Source: Octopus sinensis
Taxonomy: Eukaryota
Direction: 5' to 3'
Length of the DNA stretch: 64,000 nucleotides
Assembly: GCF_006345805.1 (NCBI RefSeq)
Contig: NC_042997.1
Span: forward strand, 180,854,001 to 180,918,000
The first letter of the stretch is position 1. The number at the start of each line of letters is the position of its first letter. Shown here one piece after another: positions 12,862 to 26,254 of this stretch. The translations under genes and the position numbers were made by a program. The notes under the pieces are model-generated. The model was not told where the DNA came from and searched no databases. It worked only from the letters and a program-made list of their open reading frames with translations.

Positions 12862-13880
12862 AATAGATATGGCAATGTGGATGATGAAATTCCATATAGA
12901 ATTAGGAAAGCAAGTGTTGCTTTCGGAAGGCTAGAAAGGCGCCTCTGGAGTCGGCGAGAAATATGCAGAAAGACAAAGATAAAGGTGTACAAGGCATGTG
13001 TGCTCCCTTCACTTCTCTATGCCTGCGAGACGTGGGTCACATATCGATACCACTTTACACAACTGGAACGTTTCCATCAGATGTGCCTCAGACGGATCTA
13101 TGGCATTAAGTGGAAGTATCGCATCAGTGATCTCGAAATATTGGAAGGCTCTCGGTGTGAAAGTATAGAAGCTCTTGTGTTAAAGCAAAGACTCAGATGG
13201 AGTGGTCATCTGGCCAGAATGAAGGATTCAAGGATACCAAAACAACTCTTTTATGGAGAGTTAGCTAAAGGAGAACGACCTCCACATAAACCAAAAAAGA
13301 GGTAAAAGGACTTGCTGAAGGCTTCCTTAAGAGATGCTTGCATCTCTCTGACACATGGGAAGGCATAGCTATTGATCGTAGCAGATGGAGAAGGATTGTG
13401 CATGAGGGGACAGCCACTATTGAGAAATCTCGAGTTGCACATGAGAAAGTAAGGAGGGATGTCAGGAAGGGCATCGCTGTTACACTTCCAGAAAGGAAGG
13501 GTCTTCTTTTGATGCTGATATGCAATGTCTGCGCATGACCCTGCCTCAGTAAAGCTGGACTTAAGAGTCATCTTCGTAGTCATAAAACGAGACAGATGAG
13601 TGACAACCTGGCCACTGGTGGTGGTGTAACACACCATACTAATCATATCTGTCGGGCATGTGGAAGAGAGTGTAATTCGGCAGGAGGACTTAAACGACAT
13701 GCAAAGGTACATGAAGCCCAGTTACAACTACAGCCGGCTATTACCAGTAAAGGTTTTAGTTGCCAATTTTGTACAAGATATTGTAGATCTTTAGCTGGGC
13801 TAAAAAGTCACATTCGATCACAGCACCAGTAACAGTTAAGCTTCGTGCAATGGCCATACTCTTTAACGAGGGTGCAGCCA
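12862..13880 (+). mobile_element. 5'-truncated RTE-clade LINE (RT thumb region plus three C-terminal C2H2 fingers), copy 1
   Basis: [99 protein letters not shown]. In-frame stops are present. Confidence 0.9.
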
Positions 13881-13882
13881 TA

Positions 13883-13967
<85 letters not shown>

Positions 13968-13977
13968 GACCACTATA

Positions 13978-14996
13978 AATAGATATGGCAATGTGGATGA
14001 TGAAATTCCATATAGAATTAGGAAAGCAAGTGTTGCTTTCGGAAGGCTAGAAAGGCGCCTCTGGAGTCGGCGAGAAATATGCAGAAAGACAAAGATAAAG
14101 GTGTACAAGGCATGTGTGCTCCCTTCACTTCTCTATGCCTGCGAGACGTGGGTCACTATCGATACCACTTTACACAACTGGAACGTTTCCATCAGATGTG
14201 CCTCAGACGGATCTATGGCATTAAGTGGAAGTATCGCATCAGTGATCTCGAAATATTGGAAGGCTCTCGGTGTGAAAGTATAGAAGCTCTTGTGTTAAAG
14301 CAAAGACTCAGATGGAGTGGTCATCTGGCCAGAATGAAGGATTCAAGGATACCAAAACAACTCTTTTATGGAGAGTTAGCTAAAGGAGAACGACCTCCAC
14401 ATAAACCAAAAAAGAGGTAAAAGGACTTGCTGAAGGCTTCCTTAAGAGATGCTTGCATCTCTCCTGACACATGGGAAGGCATAGCTATTGATCGTAGCAG
14501 ATGGAGAAGGATTGTGCATGAGGGGACAGCCACTATTGAGAAATCTCGAGTTGCACATGAGAAAGTAAGGAGGGATGTCAGGAAGGGCATCGCTGTTACA
14601 CTTCCAGAAAGGAAGGGTCTTCTTTTGATGCTGATATGCAATGTCTGCGCATGACCCTGCCTCAGTAAAGCTGGACTTAAGAGTCATCTTCGTAGTCATA
14701 AAACGAGACAGATGAGTGACAACCTGGCCACTGGTGGTGGTGTAACACACCATACTAATCATATCTGTCGGGCATGTGGAAGAGAGTGTAATTCGGCAGG
14801 AGGACTTAAACGACATGCAAAGGTACATGAAGCCCAGTTACAACTACAGCCGGCTATTACCAGTAAAGGTTTTAGTTGCCAATTTTGTACAAGATATTGT
14901 AGATCTTTAGCTGGGCTAAAAAGTCACATTCGATCACAGCACCAGTAACAGTTAAGCTTCGTGCAATGGCCATACTCTTTAACGAGGGTGCAGCCA
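13978..14996 (+). mobile_element. Tandem duplicate of the RTE fragment (period 1116 bp)
   Basis: Same 5' junction and sequence as copy 1, apart from single-base indels. Confidence 0.9.
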
Positions 14997-14998
14997 TA

Positions 14999-15050
<52 letters not shown>

Positions 15051-15137
15051 TATTAGAGATAAAACCACTATTTTGCAAAACAAACAAGGAAAGACTTAAT
15101 CAATACATAAAATTTTAATAAATAGTCAAAAAAACCG

Positions 15138-15180
15138 CCACTACAATCGTTTCTTGTCTTGATCGACAATCTTCAGGTGG
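15138..15180 (-). ncRNA. Minimal type-I hammerhead ribozyme
   Basis: Exact reverse complement of 20748-20790. Confidence 0.8.
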
Positions 15181-18100
15181 ACTTCCAATCTAAAAAATCA
15201 ATATTTTAAAATATAAAAATAATAATTTTAAAATAATTAAAGTATGAATGAAAAAATATAAGTATATAATCCATATATAACCTATATATATCCATATAAA
15301 TCAATATATAAACAATATATAAACTAAAATAACCTATCAACAATTAAATATAAACTATAAATATAAAATATAAAATATAAAATATAAAATATAAAACAAA
15401 ACAAAAAATAATAATAAATAATAATAAACTATATATACACCCATACACATATACCTAATTATATATAACCATATCTAACTACATACACTAAATCACACAC
15501 CTATATATATATCCCTATACATACACATAAAAACGTCTAGGCAACTATAAATAAATAAAATAGCTAAATACTTCAACACAATACTTATTCATACTCCACA
15601 CACACACACAATACAACCCACATTCACGCTCTAGAAAAACGGACATCACTCAAAACTATGAACGGAGAAATGGAATAAATGGAATTAAAAATTATATTCA
15701 CTTGGTAAAAACGAACACTACTTAAAAATTATGAATGAAACAATGCAATAAAACAACAGACATCGCAAATAGACACAAATTACTACGAATTCCTTAACAA
15801 ACCTATCATGATAAACCAAAAACTCATAAAAACATATAATGATAAAATCTCCCTTTACTAAACTCTATAACATACCTATATAGTAATCCCCCTAACCTAA
15901 ACATTCACACACAAATACACACACGTAAACCACACACCCACGACATATACAAATACCCACACCACTTACACATACCAATACATACATATAAACCTCAACA
16001 TATACTCCAAAAACCCACTCAACCCAACACAGACAAAAAAACACAAAAATTATGAATGGATTCTTTTATAAAACTACCATGATAATCTAAAGCTCACAAA
16101 CAGAAATGATAAAACCTCCCTTTACTAAACACTATAACATACTTATATAGCAATCCCTTTAACCTATACATTCACACACAAATACACACACATAAACCAC
16201 ACACCCATAACAAATACAAACACCCACCCCACTCACACACACCCACAAGTACATATAAGCCTCAACATATACACCAAACAAAATTACTTTACCAAGGAAC
16301 TTAACATATGTATAAAAAGTATAACCGCTCTGGAAACGAACATCTCTAAATTAATGAATGGAGAAATGGAATAAATGGAATTAAAAATAATATTCACGTG
16401 GCAAAACGAACACCACTCAAAAATATGAATGAAACAATGTAATAAAACAACCAACATTGAAAATAGACAAATTACCACGAATTCCCTAAAAAGAAAACCA
16501 TGATAAACCAAAACTCTTAAAAACATATAACGATAAAATCTCCCTTTGCTAAACTCTATAACAAACCTATATAATAATCCCCCTAACCTAAACATTCACA
16601 CACAAATACACACACGTAAACCACAGACCCACGACTTATACACCATACCTATACTAACTTATAAACCTCAATATACACCAAAACCCACTCACTCCCCACA
16701 CAGACAAATTAACACATTAATCCCCCTAATCTAAACATTCACACACAAATACACACACGTAAACCACAGACCCACGACTTATACACATACCTATACTAAC
16801 TTATAAACCTCAATATACACCAAAACCCACTCACTCCCCACACAGACAAATTAACACATACATCCCAAAACCTAAATAACAAACCCATATACACATTCAC
16901 ACACAAACACACACACACGCAAAACACACACACACAACGGATACATATACTCCCTCACATATACGCATATACATACTCACTAAACTCGATATATACAACA
17001 ATATTTACACACCCACACTCATACAGATAAATAAATTATACAACTAAAAACTCACACACAAACTCATATACATAAACACTCCTATGAAAACAACATTAAA
17101 TACATCGTAATTAACCAGAATATCAAAAATAACAATATGACATAAGGATAAATAAAAGAATACTTACAAGTCAGTTTCAAATTATGAAGTGAAATTAAAT
17201 TCTTAGCCGTTAAAAAAATCAAACCAAAATTACGTTACCATAGAAATAACTTATGTAAAAAAAGAATACGCGCCATGGAAAGTAAACGTCATTTAAATTA
17301 TGAATGGAGAAAAAGAATAAATGGAACTAAAAACTATATCCACATGGCAAACCAACACTACTTAAAAAAATTTTATTATGAATGGATTCTTTAAAAAACT
17401 ACCATGAAAAATCATTATATACATTTATGAGCTTTAGCTCACCTTAGCAGCTCTAACAAACAACTTGCAGTAACCCAAACCCATTCTCTATGCCTACCTC
17501 ACTACTACACTATTCCATTCACAATTCCAAGCAACGCTAGTCCACCACCCGGTTATTCACGTGGCAAAACGAACACCACTCAAAAATTATGAATGAAACA
17601 ATGTAATAAAACAACCAACATCGAAAATAGACAAATTACCACGAATTCCCTAAAAAAACCATGATAAACCAAAACTCATAAAAACATATAACGATAAAAT
17701 CTCCCTTTGCTAAACTCTATAACAAACCTATATAGCAATCCCCCTAACCTAAACATTCACACACAAATACACACACGTAAACCACAGACCCACGACTTAT
17801 ACACATACCTATACTAACTTATAAACCTCAATATACACCAAAACCCACTCCCTCCCCACACAGACAAATTAACACATACATCCCAAAACCTAAATAACAA
17901 ACCCATATACACATTCACACACAAACACACACACACGCAAAACACACACACACAACAGATACATATACTCCCTCACATATACGCATATACATACTCACTA
18001 AACTCGATATATACAACAATATTTACACACCCACACTCATACAGATAAATAAATTATACAACTAAAAACTCACACACAATCTCATATACATAAACACTCC

Positions 18101-20747
18101 TATGAAAACAACATTAAATACATCGTAATTAACCAGAATATCAAAAATAACAATATGATATAAGGATAAATAAAATACATACTTACAAGTCAGTTTCAAA
18201 TTATGAAGTGAAATTAAATTCTTAGCCGTTAAAAAAACCAAACTAAAATTAAGTTACCATAGAAATAACTTATGAAAAAAAAGAAAGAATACGCGCCATA
18301 GAAAGTAAACGTCATTTAAATTATGAATGGAGAAATAGAATAAATGGAACTAAAAACTATATCCACGTAGCAAACAAACACTACTTAAAAAAATTTATTT
18401 ATTATGAATGGATTCTTTAAAAAACTACCATGAAAAATCATTATATACATTTATGAGCTTTAGCTCACCTTAGCAGCTCTAACAAACAACTTGCAGTAAC
18501 CCAAACCTATTCTCGATGCCTACCTCACTACCACACTAATCCATTCACAATTCCAAGCAACGCTAGACCACCACCCGGTTACAATTCTCAACTCCACCCA
18601 TTCATTCACAATTTCAACGACATTCGCCTCCACAGCGCTACATATAAGCCTCAACATATACACCGGAGATACACTTACACATCCGTGCGGATGGGTGAGA
18701 GTATACATTGAGTGTAGTGATGGGGCTCCCATTACTATAATTTAATTTCACTTCATAATTTGAAACTGACTTGTAAGTATGTCTTTTATTTATCCTTATG
18801 TCATATTGTTATTTTTGATATTCTGGTTAATTACGATGTATTTAATGTGTTTTCATAGGAGTGTTTATGTATATGAGTTTGTGTGTGAGTTTTTAGTTGT
18901 ATAATTTATTTATCTGTATGAGTGTGGGTGTGTAATATTGTTGTATATATCGAGTTTAGTGAGTATGTATATGCGTATATGTGAGGGAGTATATGTATCC
19001 GTTGTGTGTGTGGTGTTTTGCGTGTGGTGTGTTTGTGTGTGAATGTGTATATGGGTTTGTTATAGGTTTTGGGATGTATGTGTTAATTTGTCTGTGTGGG
19101 GAGTGAGTGGGTTTTGGTGTATATTGAGGTTTATAAGTTAGTATAGGTATGTGTATAAGTCGTGGGTCTGTGGTTTACGTGTGTGTATTTGTGTGTGAAT
19201 GTTTAGATTAGGGGGATTAATGTGTTAATTTGTCTGTGTGGGGAGTGAGTGGGTTTTGGTGTATATTGAGGTTTATAAGTTAGTATAGGTATGTGTATAA
19301 GTCGTGGGTCTGTGGTTTACGTGTGTGTATTTGTGTGTGAATGTTTAGGTTAGGGGGATTATTATATAGGTTTGTTATAGAGTTTAGCAAAGGGAGATTT
19401 TATCGTTATATGTTTTTAAGAGTTTTGGTTTATCATGGTTTTCTTTTTAGGGAATTCGTGGTAATTTGTCTATTTTCAATGTTGGTTGTTTTATTACATT
19501 GTTTCATTCATAATTTTTGAGTGGTGTTCGTTTTGCCACGTGAATATTATTTTTAATTCCATTTATTCCATTTCTCCATTCATTAATTTAGAGATGTTCG
19601 TTTCCAGAGCGGTTATACTTTTTATACATATGTTAAGTTCCTTGGTAAAGTAATTTTGTTTGGTGTATATGTTGAGGCTTATATGTACTTGTGGGTGTGT
19701 GTGAGTGGGGTGGGTGTTTGTATTTGTTATGGGTGTGTGGTTTACGTGTGTGTTTTTGTGTGTGAATGTATAGGTTAAAGGGATTGCTATATAAGTATGT
19801 TATAGTGTTTAGTAAAGGGAGGTTTTATCATTTCTGTTTTGTGAGTTTTAGCTTATCATGGTAGTTTTATAAAAGAATCCATTCATAATTTTTGTGTTTA
19901 TTTGTCTGTGTGGGGTTGAGTGGGTTTTTGGAGTATATGTTGAGGTTTATATGTATGTATTGGTATGTGTAAGTGGTGTGGGTATTGTATATGTCGTGGG
20001 TGTGTGGTTTACGTGTGTGTATTTGTGTGTGAATGTTTAGGTTAGGGGGATTGCTATATAGGTTTGTTATAGAGTTTAGTAAAGGGAGATTTTATCATTA
20101 TATGTTTTTATGAGTTTTTGGTTTATCATGATAGGTTTGTTAAGGAATTCGTAGTAATTTGTGTCTATTTGCGATGTCTGTTGTTTTATTGCATTGTTTC
20201 ATTCATAATTTTTAAGTAGTGTTCGTTTTACCAAGTGAATATAATTTTTAATTCCATTTATTCCATTTCTCCGTTCATAGTTTTGAGTGATGTCCGTTTT
20301 CTAGAGCGTGAATGTGGGTTGTATGTGTGTGTGTGTGTGGGAGTATGAATAAGTATTGTGTTGAAGTATTTAGCTATTTTATTTATTTATAGTTGCCTAG
20401 ACGTTTTTATGTGTATGTATAGGGATATATATATAGGTGTGTGATTTAGTGTATGTAGTTAGATATGGTTATATATAATTAGGTATATGTGTATGGGTGT
20501 ATATATAGTTTATTATTATATTATTATTATTTTTTTGTTTTGTTTTATATTTTATATTTTATATTTTATAGTTTATATTTAATTGTTGATAGGTTTTTTT
20601 AGTTTATATATTGTTTATATATTGATTATATATGGATTATATATAGGTTATATATGGATTATATACTTATATTTTTTCATTCATACTTTAATTATTTTAA
20701 AATTATTATTTTTATATTTTAAAATATTGATTTTTTAGATTGGAAGT

Positions 20748-20790
20748 CCACCTGAAGATTGTCGATCAAGACAAGAAACGATTGTAGTGG
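20748..20790 (+). ncRNA. Minimal type-I hammerhead ribozyme
   Basis: ccac-CTGAAGA-ttgtc(gatcaa)gacaa-GAAAC-gatt-GTA-gtgg: stem I 4 bp, stem II 5 bp, stem III 2 bp, intact core, GUA cleavage triplet. Confidence 0.8.
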
Positions 20791-20963
20791 CGGTTTTTTT
20801 GACTATTTATTAAAATTTTATGTATTGATTAAGTCTTTCCTTGTTTGTTTTGCAAAATAGTTGTTTTGTCTCTAATAATATTTTATAATATTTTACTATA
20901 AAATTGGATTTAATCCTAAATCTGATTTTTCCTGTAAATTTGGATTTATTCTCTAATATTTAT

Positions 20964-21003
<40 letters not shown>

Positions 21004-21007
21004 TATA

Positions 21008-21480
21008 GGGAAATGGAAATCTTATATTATCTATTCTCCATTACACGCGTTTCATTTGTAAATAAGAATCACAAAGATTTGCTTGTTAGATAGTCATGTA
21101 ATGAATTTTCTATTAAAACTCATCAGATAAAGAATAATTATAATAATAATAATAAGTATTATTATAATAATTATAATCAATAATTATAATATTATAATTA
21201 TTATCTATCTGATGAGTTTCTAATAGGAAATTCTTTACGTCTCTATCTAACGTGTAAATCTTTGTAATTCCTATTAACAAAAGGAATGCGTATAATGGAG
21301 AATAATTAATTTCACAGGATTTCCACTTGCCTGTTTTATTACAAATTAACTCTGCTAATAGTTTTCCCATAATTCTCAATTTTAATACGTATTTCGACTC
21401 ATATACAGCACAAAACTATGGATACATATTAATTGTAATACTGGAATAAGTAGGTGTGTTTCAAGAGGAAACAGCGGGGA
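21008..21480. mobile_element. Decayed Penelope-like pLTR pair in inverted orientation with two degenerate HHRs (21040-21130 minus; 21205-21296 plus)
   Basis: Both read tat-CTGATGA-gttt..taatag...tatt.acaaa-G(A/G)AA(C/T)GCGT(G/A)-taatggagaata on opposite strands. Confidence 0.6.
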
Positions 21481-21634
21481 TTTACCCTAACTAACTATAT
21501 ATATAAACGTGCTTGCGTAGGAAGAAGGCACAGGAGTATTTATGTGACAAGAAGCTTGCTTCCCAAACATATATTTCCGGGTTCAGTACCACTGAATGTC
21601 ACTAAGCCTTCTGGGGGAAACTGAAAAAACCGTC

Positions 21635-21702
<68 letters not shown>

Positions 21703-21713
21703 ATAGGTAGATG

Positions 21714-23592
21714 ATGGCTGAGCCCTCGTTACCGAGTGTGTCCATTGCACGAAGCTTAACTGTTATTGGTGCTGTGATCGAATGTGACTTTTTAGCCCAG
21801 CTAAAGATCTACAATGTCTTGTACAGAATTGGCAGCTAAAACCTTTACCAGCAATAGCTGGCTGTAGTTGTAACTGGGCTTTATGTACCTTTGCATGTCG
21901 TTTAAGTCCTCCTGCCGAATTACACTCTCTTCCACATTCTTGACAGACATGATTAATATGGCGTGTAACACCACCACCAGTGGCCAGGTTGTCACTTAAC
22001 TTTCTCGCTTTATGACTACGAAGATGACTCTTGAGTCCAGCTTTACTGAGGCAGGGTCTTGCGCAGACACTGCATGTCAGCATTATAGGAAGACCCTTCC
22101 AATCTGGAAGTGTAACAGCGATGCCCTTCCTGACATCCCTCTTTACTTTTTCATGCGCAACTCTTGATTTCTCCAAAGTAGCTGTCCCCTTGTGCATAAT
22201 CCTTCTCCACCTGCTAAGATCAATAGCTATGCCCTCTCATGTGTCAGGAGAGATGCAAGCATCTCTCAAGGAAGCCTTCAGCAAGTCCTTTTACATTTTT
22301 TGGGTTTATGTGGAAGTCTCGCAGGCATAGAGAAGAGAAGGGAGCACACATGCCTTGTACACCTTTATCATAGTCTTCTGCATATGTCTCGCCGACTCTA
22401 GAGGCGCCTTTCTAGTCTTCCGAAAGCATCACTTGCTTTCCTAATCCTGTATGGAATTTCATCATCATCCACATTGCCATATCTATTAACAATGCTTCCC
22501 AGGTAGACAAACTGATCAACTACATCAAGTCGTTTACCATACACCTAGATGTTTGGTTCAATATACTGCTTACAAGGAGCAGGTTGGTACATGGCAGTTT
22601 TCTTGAGATTGACTGTCAATCCTAAGGCAGTGCAAGCATCAGAGAATGCATTCAAAATGTGTTGCGTATCAGTCTCTGTGCGTTACTAGATCACAATCAT
22701 CTGCATACAAAAGGTCTCTTATGATAGAGGTAAGTAACTTTGTTTTTGCAGCAAAGCGCCTGATATTAAATATGCTGCCAGAGGTCCGATAATGGATGTA
22801 AATACCATATCTGCAATGCAATACAGAAAACCATCGCAAAATATATGGCAAATAGGGTCGATGCCAGAATATCACAGTTTCACTCCATTTCTTATTGAAA
22901 TGGGCTCCGACATTTTCCCTCTAACATTCACCCTACCATTCATGTCTTCATGAAAAGACCTAACCAAAGCAAGGAACTTTTCAGCACACCCAAGTTTCTG
23001 GAGAACTTTCCACAATGCTTTTCTTTTAACAGTATCAAAGGCCTTTATCAGATCGACAAACACCTGATACAAATCCAGACCCTGTTCCACACACTTATCC
23101 TGAAGCTGTCTAGCTGAAAAGATCATATCAGCAGTGCCACGTACCACACGAAAGCCAAATTGACTTTCTGGAAGAACACAATCTGCAACGTGTTTCGACA
23201 GACGATCCAGAAGTACCCTGCATAAAACCTTTCTTACGACAGAAAGCAATGATACTTCCTTATAGTTACCACAATCATTCCTGTTGCCCTTTCCCTTATA
23301 CAAGACCACCATTACTGTATCTCTCCAGTCCTTAGGTACAGATTCACTAGCTCATATCTTACCAAACAAAGAGTGAAGCTGCTGCAGAAGCTTCTCACCA
23401 CCATGCTGTAACAACTCCGCATGTATGCCATCCATACCCGGAGACTTCCCATTATTCATACTTGAGACAGCCACTGCAACTTCTTCCAACTTTGGTGGTT
23501 CCGCGAATGCTGCCTTCACGGGTAATGTAGGGATGAGTAAGAACATCCTCACTAATTACAGACTGCTGATTAAAATGTTCATATAGGTAGAT
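21714..23592 (-). mobile_element. RTE-clade LINE fragment with RT domain and three C2H2 fingers (same family as 12862)
   Basis: [63 protein letters not shown] and C2H2 x3. Frameshifts and an internal deletion are present. Confidence 0.92.
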
Positions 23593-23734
23593 GCATACAT
23601 ACATACATACATACATACATACATACATACTTTCATACATGCATACATGCATACGTACATACATACATACATACATACATACATACATACATACATACAT
23701 ACATACATAATATATATATACATACATATGTGTG

Positions 23735-23935
23735 TGACGTAGTGTATGTGTTTGTCACCGACCAGTGTTGCTTTTTGCGTCACATAACTTAGCGATTCGG
23801 CAAAAGAGACCTATAGAATAAGTACCAAGTTCAAAAAATAAAAAAAAATCCAGGGGTCGATTCGTTCGACTAAAATTTCAAGGCGGCGCCCTAGCACGGC
23901 CACAGTCTACTGACTGAAGCAAGTGAAAGGTAAAA
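23735..23935 (+). mobile_element. SINE family A, 3' half
   Basis: Homologous to 1220-1420. Confidence 0.75.
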
Positions 23936-23956
23936 GCTAATATACACGTGTATATA

Positions 23957-24170
23957 CTCTTTTGCTTGTTTCAGTCATTTGAGTGCGGCCATGCTGGAGA
24001 ACCGCCTTTAGTCGAGCAAATCGACACCAGGACTTATCCTTTGAAAGCCTAGTATATATTCTACTGGTTTCATTTGCCGAACCGCTAAGTTACGGGGACG
24101 TAAACGCACCAGCATCGGTCGTAAAGCGGTGTTGGGATGACAAACACAGACACACACATACAGATACATA
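23957..24170 (-). mobile_element. SINE family A, 3' half
   Basis: Reverse complement of the family A tail. Confidence 0.8.
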
Positions 24171-24212
24171 CGTACATACATACATACTCATATATATATA
24201 TATATATATATA

Positions 24213-25295
24213 TATGTTAATAAAATAGAACATATGCATATATATAAACATATATGTACGTACCTACCTCTACATGTACATATACACGCATATATGTGTA
24301 CAGTACAGGACACCAAAAAGACGTCGAACACATAGAGAGACGAAAAACATAGACACAAACCAAGGAACAGGACAAGCAAAAAAGAAAAAAAGAGATACAG
24401 GACAATAAGCACAACGAAAATCCCCTTCTTCAATCGCTAAGGTTTCATCTACTCTACGTTTCGAAGGATAAAAGCGAGACGTATACTTCGAAGAAACTTC
24501 CTTCCTGCGAAAAGCAAATCAATTAAAATTCTGAGATCTTTTCGCAGAGGGGTAAAAAATGGTAAAAAAAAAGCAAGACGGTAACGACAGTACAAACATA
24601 TAAAGAGTAAAAAAAAAAAATTATATATAAACAGTTGAAAAATAAATATATAACAATGAGAGACAGGACAAGGAGAACAAGATAAGAGGGGCTGTTTACG
24701 CCAGACGAAAAAAGTAATGCAAACGCTGGATTATAGTGGACGACGAGAGAGAAAGAATGTCGACCAGTGGCCTTAGAAGGCGGGCGAGAAAAGACAGGAT
24801 AGCAGTTACGACGGAAGTATCGTCGCAGATGGACGACGGGAATGGGGGAGGAGGAGCAAGAGGAAGAGAGAGAAGAAGGGGAATGGTGCGAGGAGACCAT
24901 GAAGAATGGTGAGGGGGAGAGAGAGAATGAAGAATGAGAGAGAGAGGAAGAGACAAGTTAAGTGAGGAAAAAGGACGAAAAAGGGAATGGGAGAGAAAGA
25001 AAGAAAGATGCAGAGTCGCGTGAGAGTTAATATCAAGGCTAACTTGATAAACAGAACAATCTTACTTAATAGGGTGCGTGCGTTTAGTCGTATAATATGT
25101 TAATAAAATAGAACATATGCATATATATAAACATATATGTACGTACCTACGTCTACATGTACATATACACGCATATATGTGTACAGGACACCAAAAAGAC
25201 GTCGAACACATAGAGAGACGAAAAACATAGACACAAACCAAGGAACAGGACAAGCAAAAAAGAAAAAAAGAGATACAGGACAATAAGCACAACGA
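24213..25295 (-). mobile_element. Non-coding element with ~200 bp terminal direct repeats (24213-24417 and 25096-25295), Penelope-like partial tandem
   Basis: Near-identical direct repeats, (TA)n flanks, purine-rich interior on the plus strand, and an HHR-like half-motif GAAACGTA on the minus strand at ~24455-24462. Confidence 0.55.
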
Positions 25296-26254
25296 TATAT
25301 ATACATATATATGTATGTATATGTATATATTTCTATGTATGTATATACATATTCGTATATATGTATATATACACACACACATATATATGTATGTATATGT
25401 ATATATATGTATGCATATATATATATATATGTATATATATATGTATATGTATATATATATATAGATATGTATATATATGTATAGTTAGGAAAATGAGGAA
25501 CTCGTTCAATAAATAGCAAAGCTGAAGATCAGAGTGTGAACAGCAATAATTGTAAGTTTAGTAGAATTCACAGACGAAAAAGATAATCGATTAAAATTAA
25601 AAAGGGAGATATTGAAATTATTCTACTCAACGAGTATTTGTTGATTACTAATTTCAAAAAGTACTTTTAGTTACTTGGTTACATGTGCTACTTATTTGAT
25701 TTGATAAACTAAAGTAATTGACCATCAGTCTACGAAATATTTAAAGTAAACAATGTCTGGACATAATGCAGATGTGTGATAGAGGCAGATTAATTGTAAT
25801 TCAAGATATAATGAAATCACTGAACGATTGCTTGCACATTACAAACTTATACCATTCTCCCTGGCTTATATTGTCTTCATAATGTCTCGTATAAATGTGA
25901 TATGTGCACGTGTGTAAAATCAATAAATATAGCATACGTCTCTCGTTACCTGTTTTGCTGATATAGACTACGAGAAAAGAGCTGGGCAGTGTTCAATTTT
26001 GTTAATACTTTACATTGTAATTTTATAGAATACAATGTATTTTCTGACTGGTGATTTCCAAAGCATCCATAATAACCGTTTAAACTAACGCTTAGTAATC
26101 GTTTTAACTGTATGATATAGCAGCCAATATCATTTAAAGCCGCAAAAAGCCTCTCCTAATTACCTTAAATAAAGGACACATTAGGCAATTTTTCGATGCT
26201 TCTCTTCTTTGTTCTCTTCTAAGGGGACTCATCTGCATCTAAACAACATCTCTC

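Larger units (their letters stand above)
15041..20968. mobile_element. Large fold-back Penelope-like insertion: ~2.15 kb inverted arms (15041-17201 and 18740-20887) with internal direct duplications
   Basis: Right arm is the reverse complement of the left arm. Composition switches from A/C-rich to G/T-rich at ~18686. Each outer end carries an HHR. (TA)n flanks both sides. Confidence 0.8.

Noticed and set aside
12558-12992. Numerous YI/CV/HT/LSIY/poly-N/poly-L ORFs across the track (this one as an example)
   Set aside because: Translations of (TA)n, (TG)n, (GATA)n and (ATT)n microsatellites, not genes.
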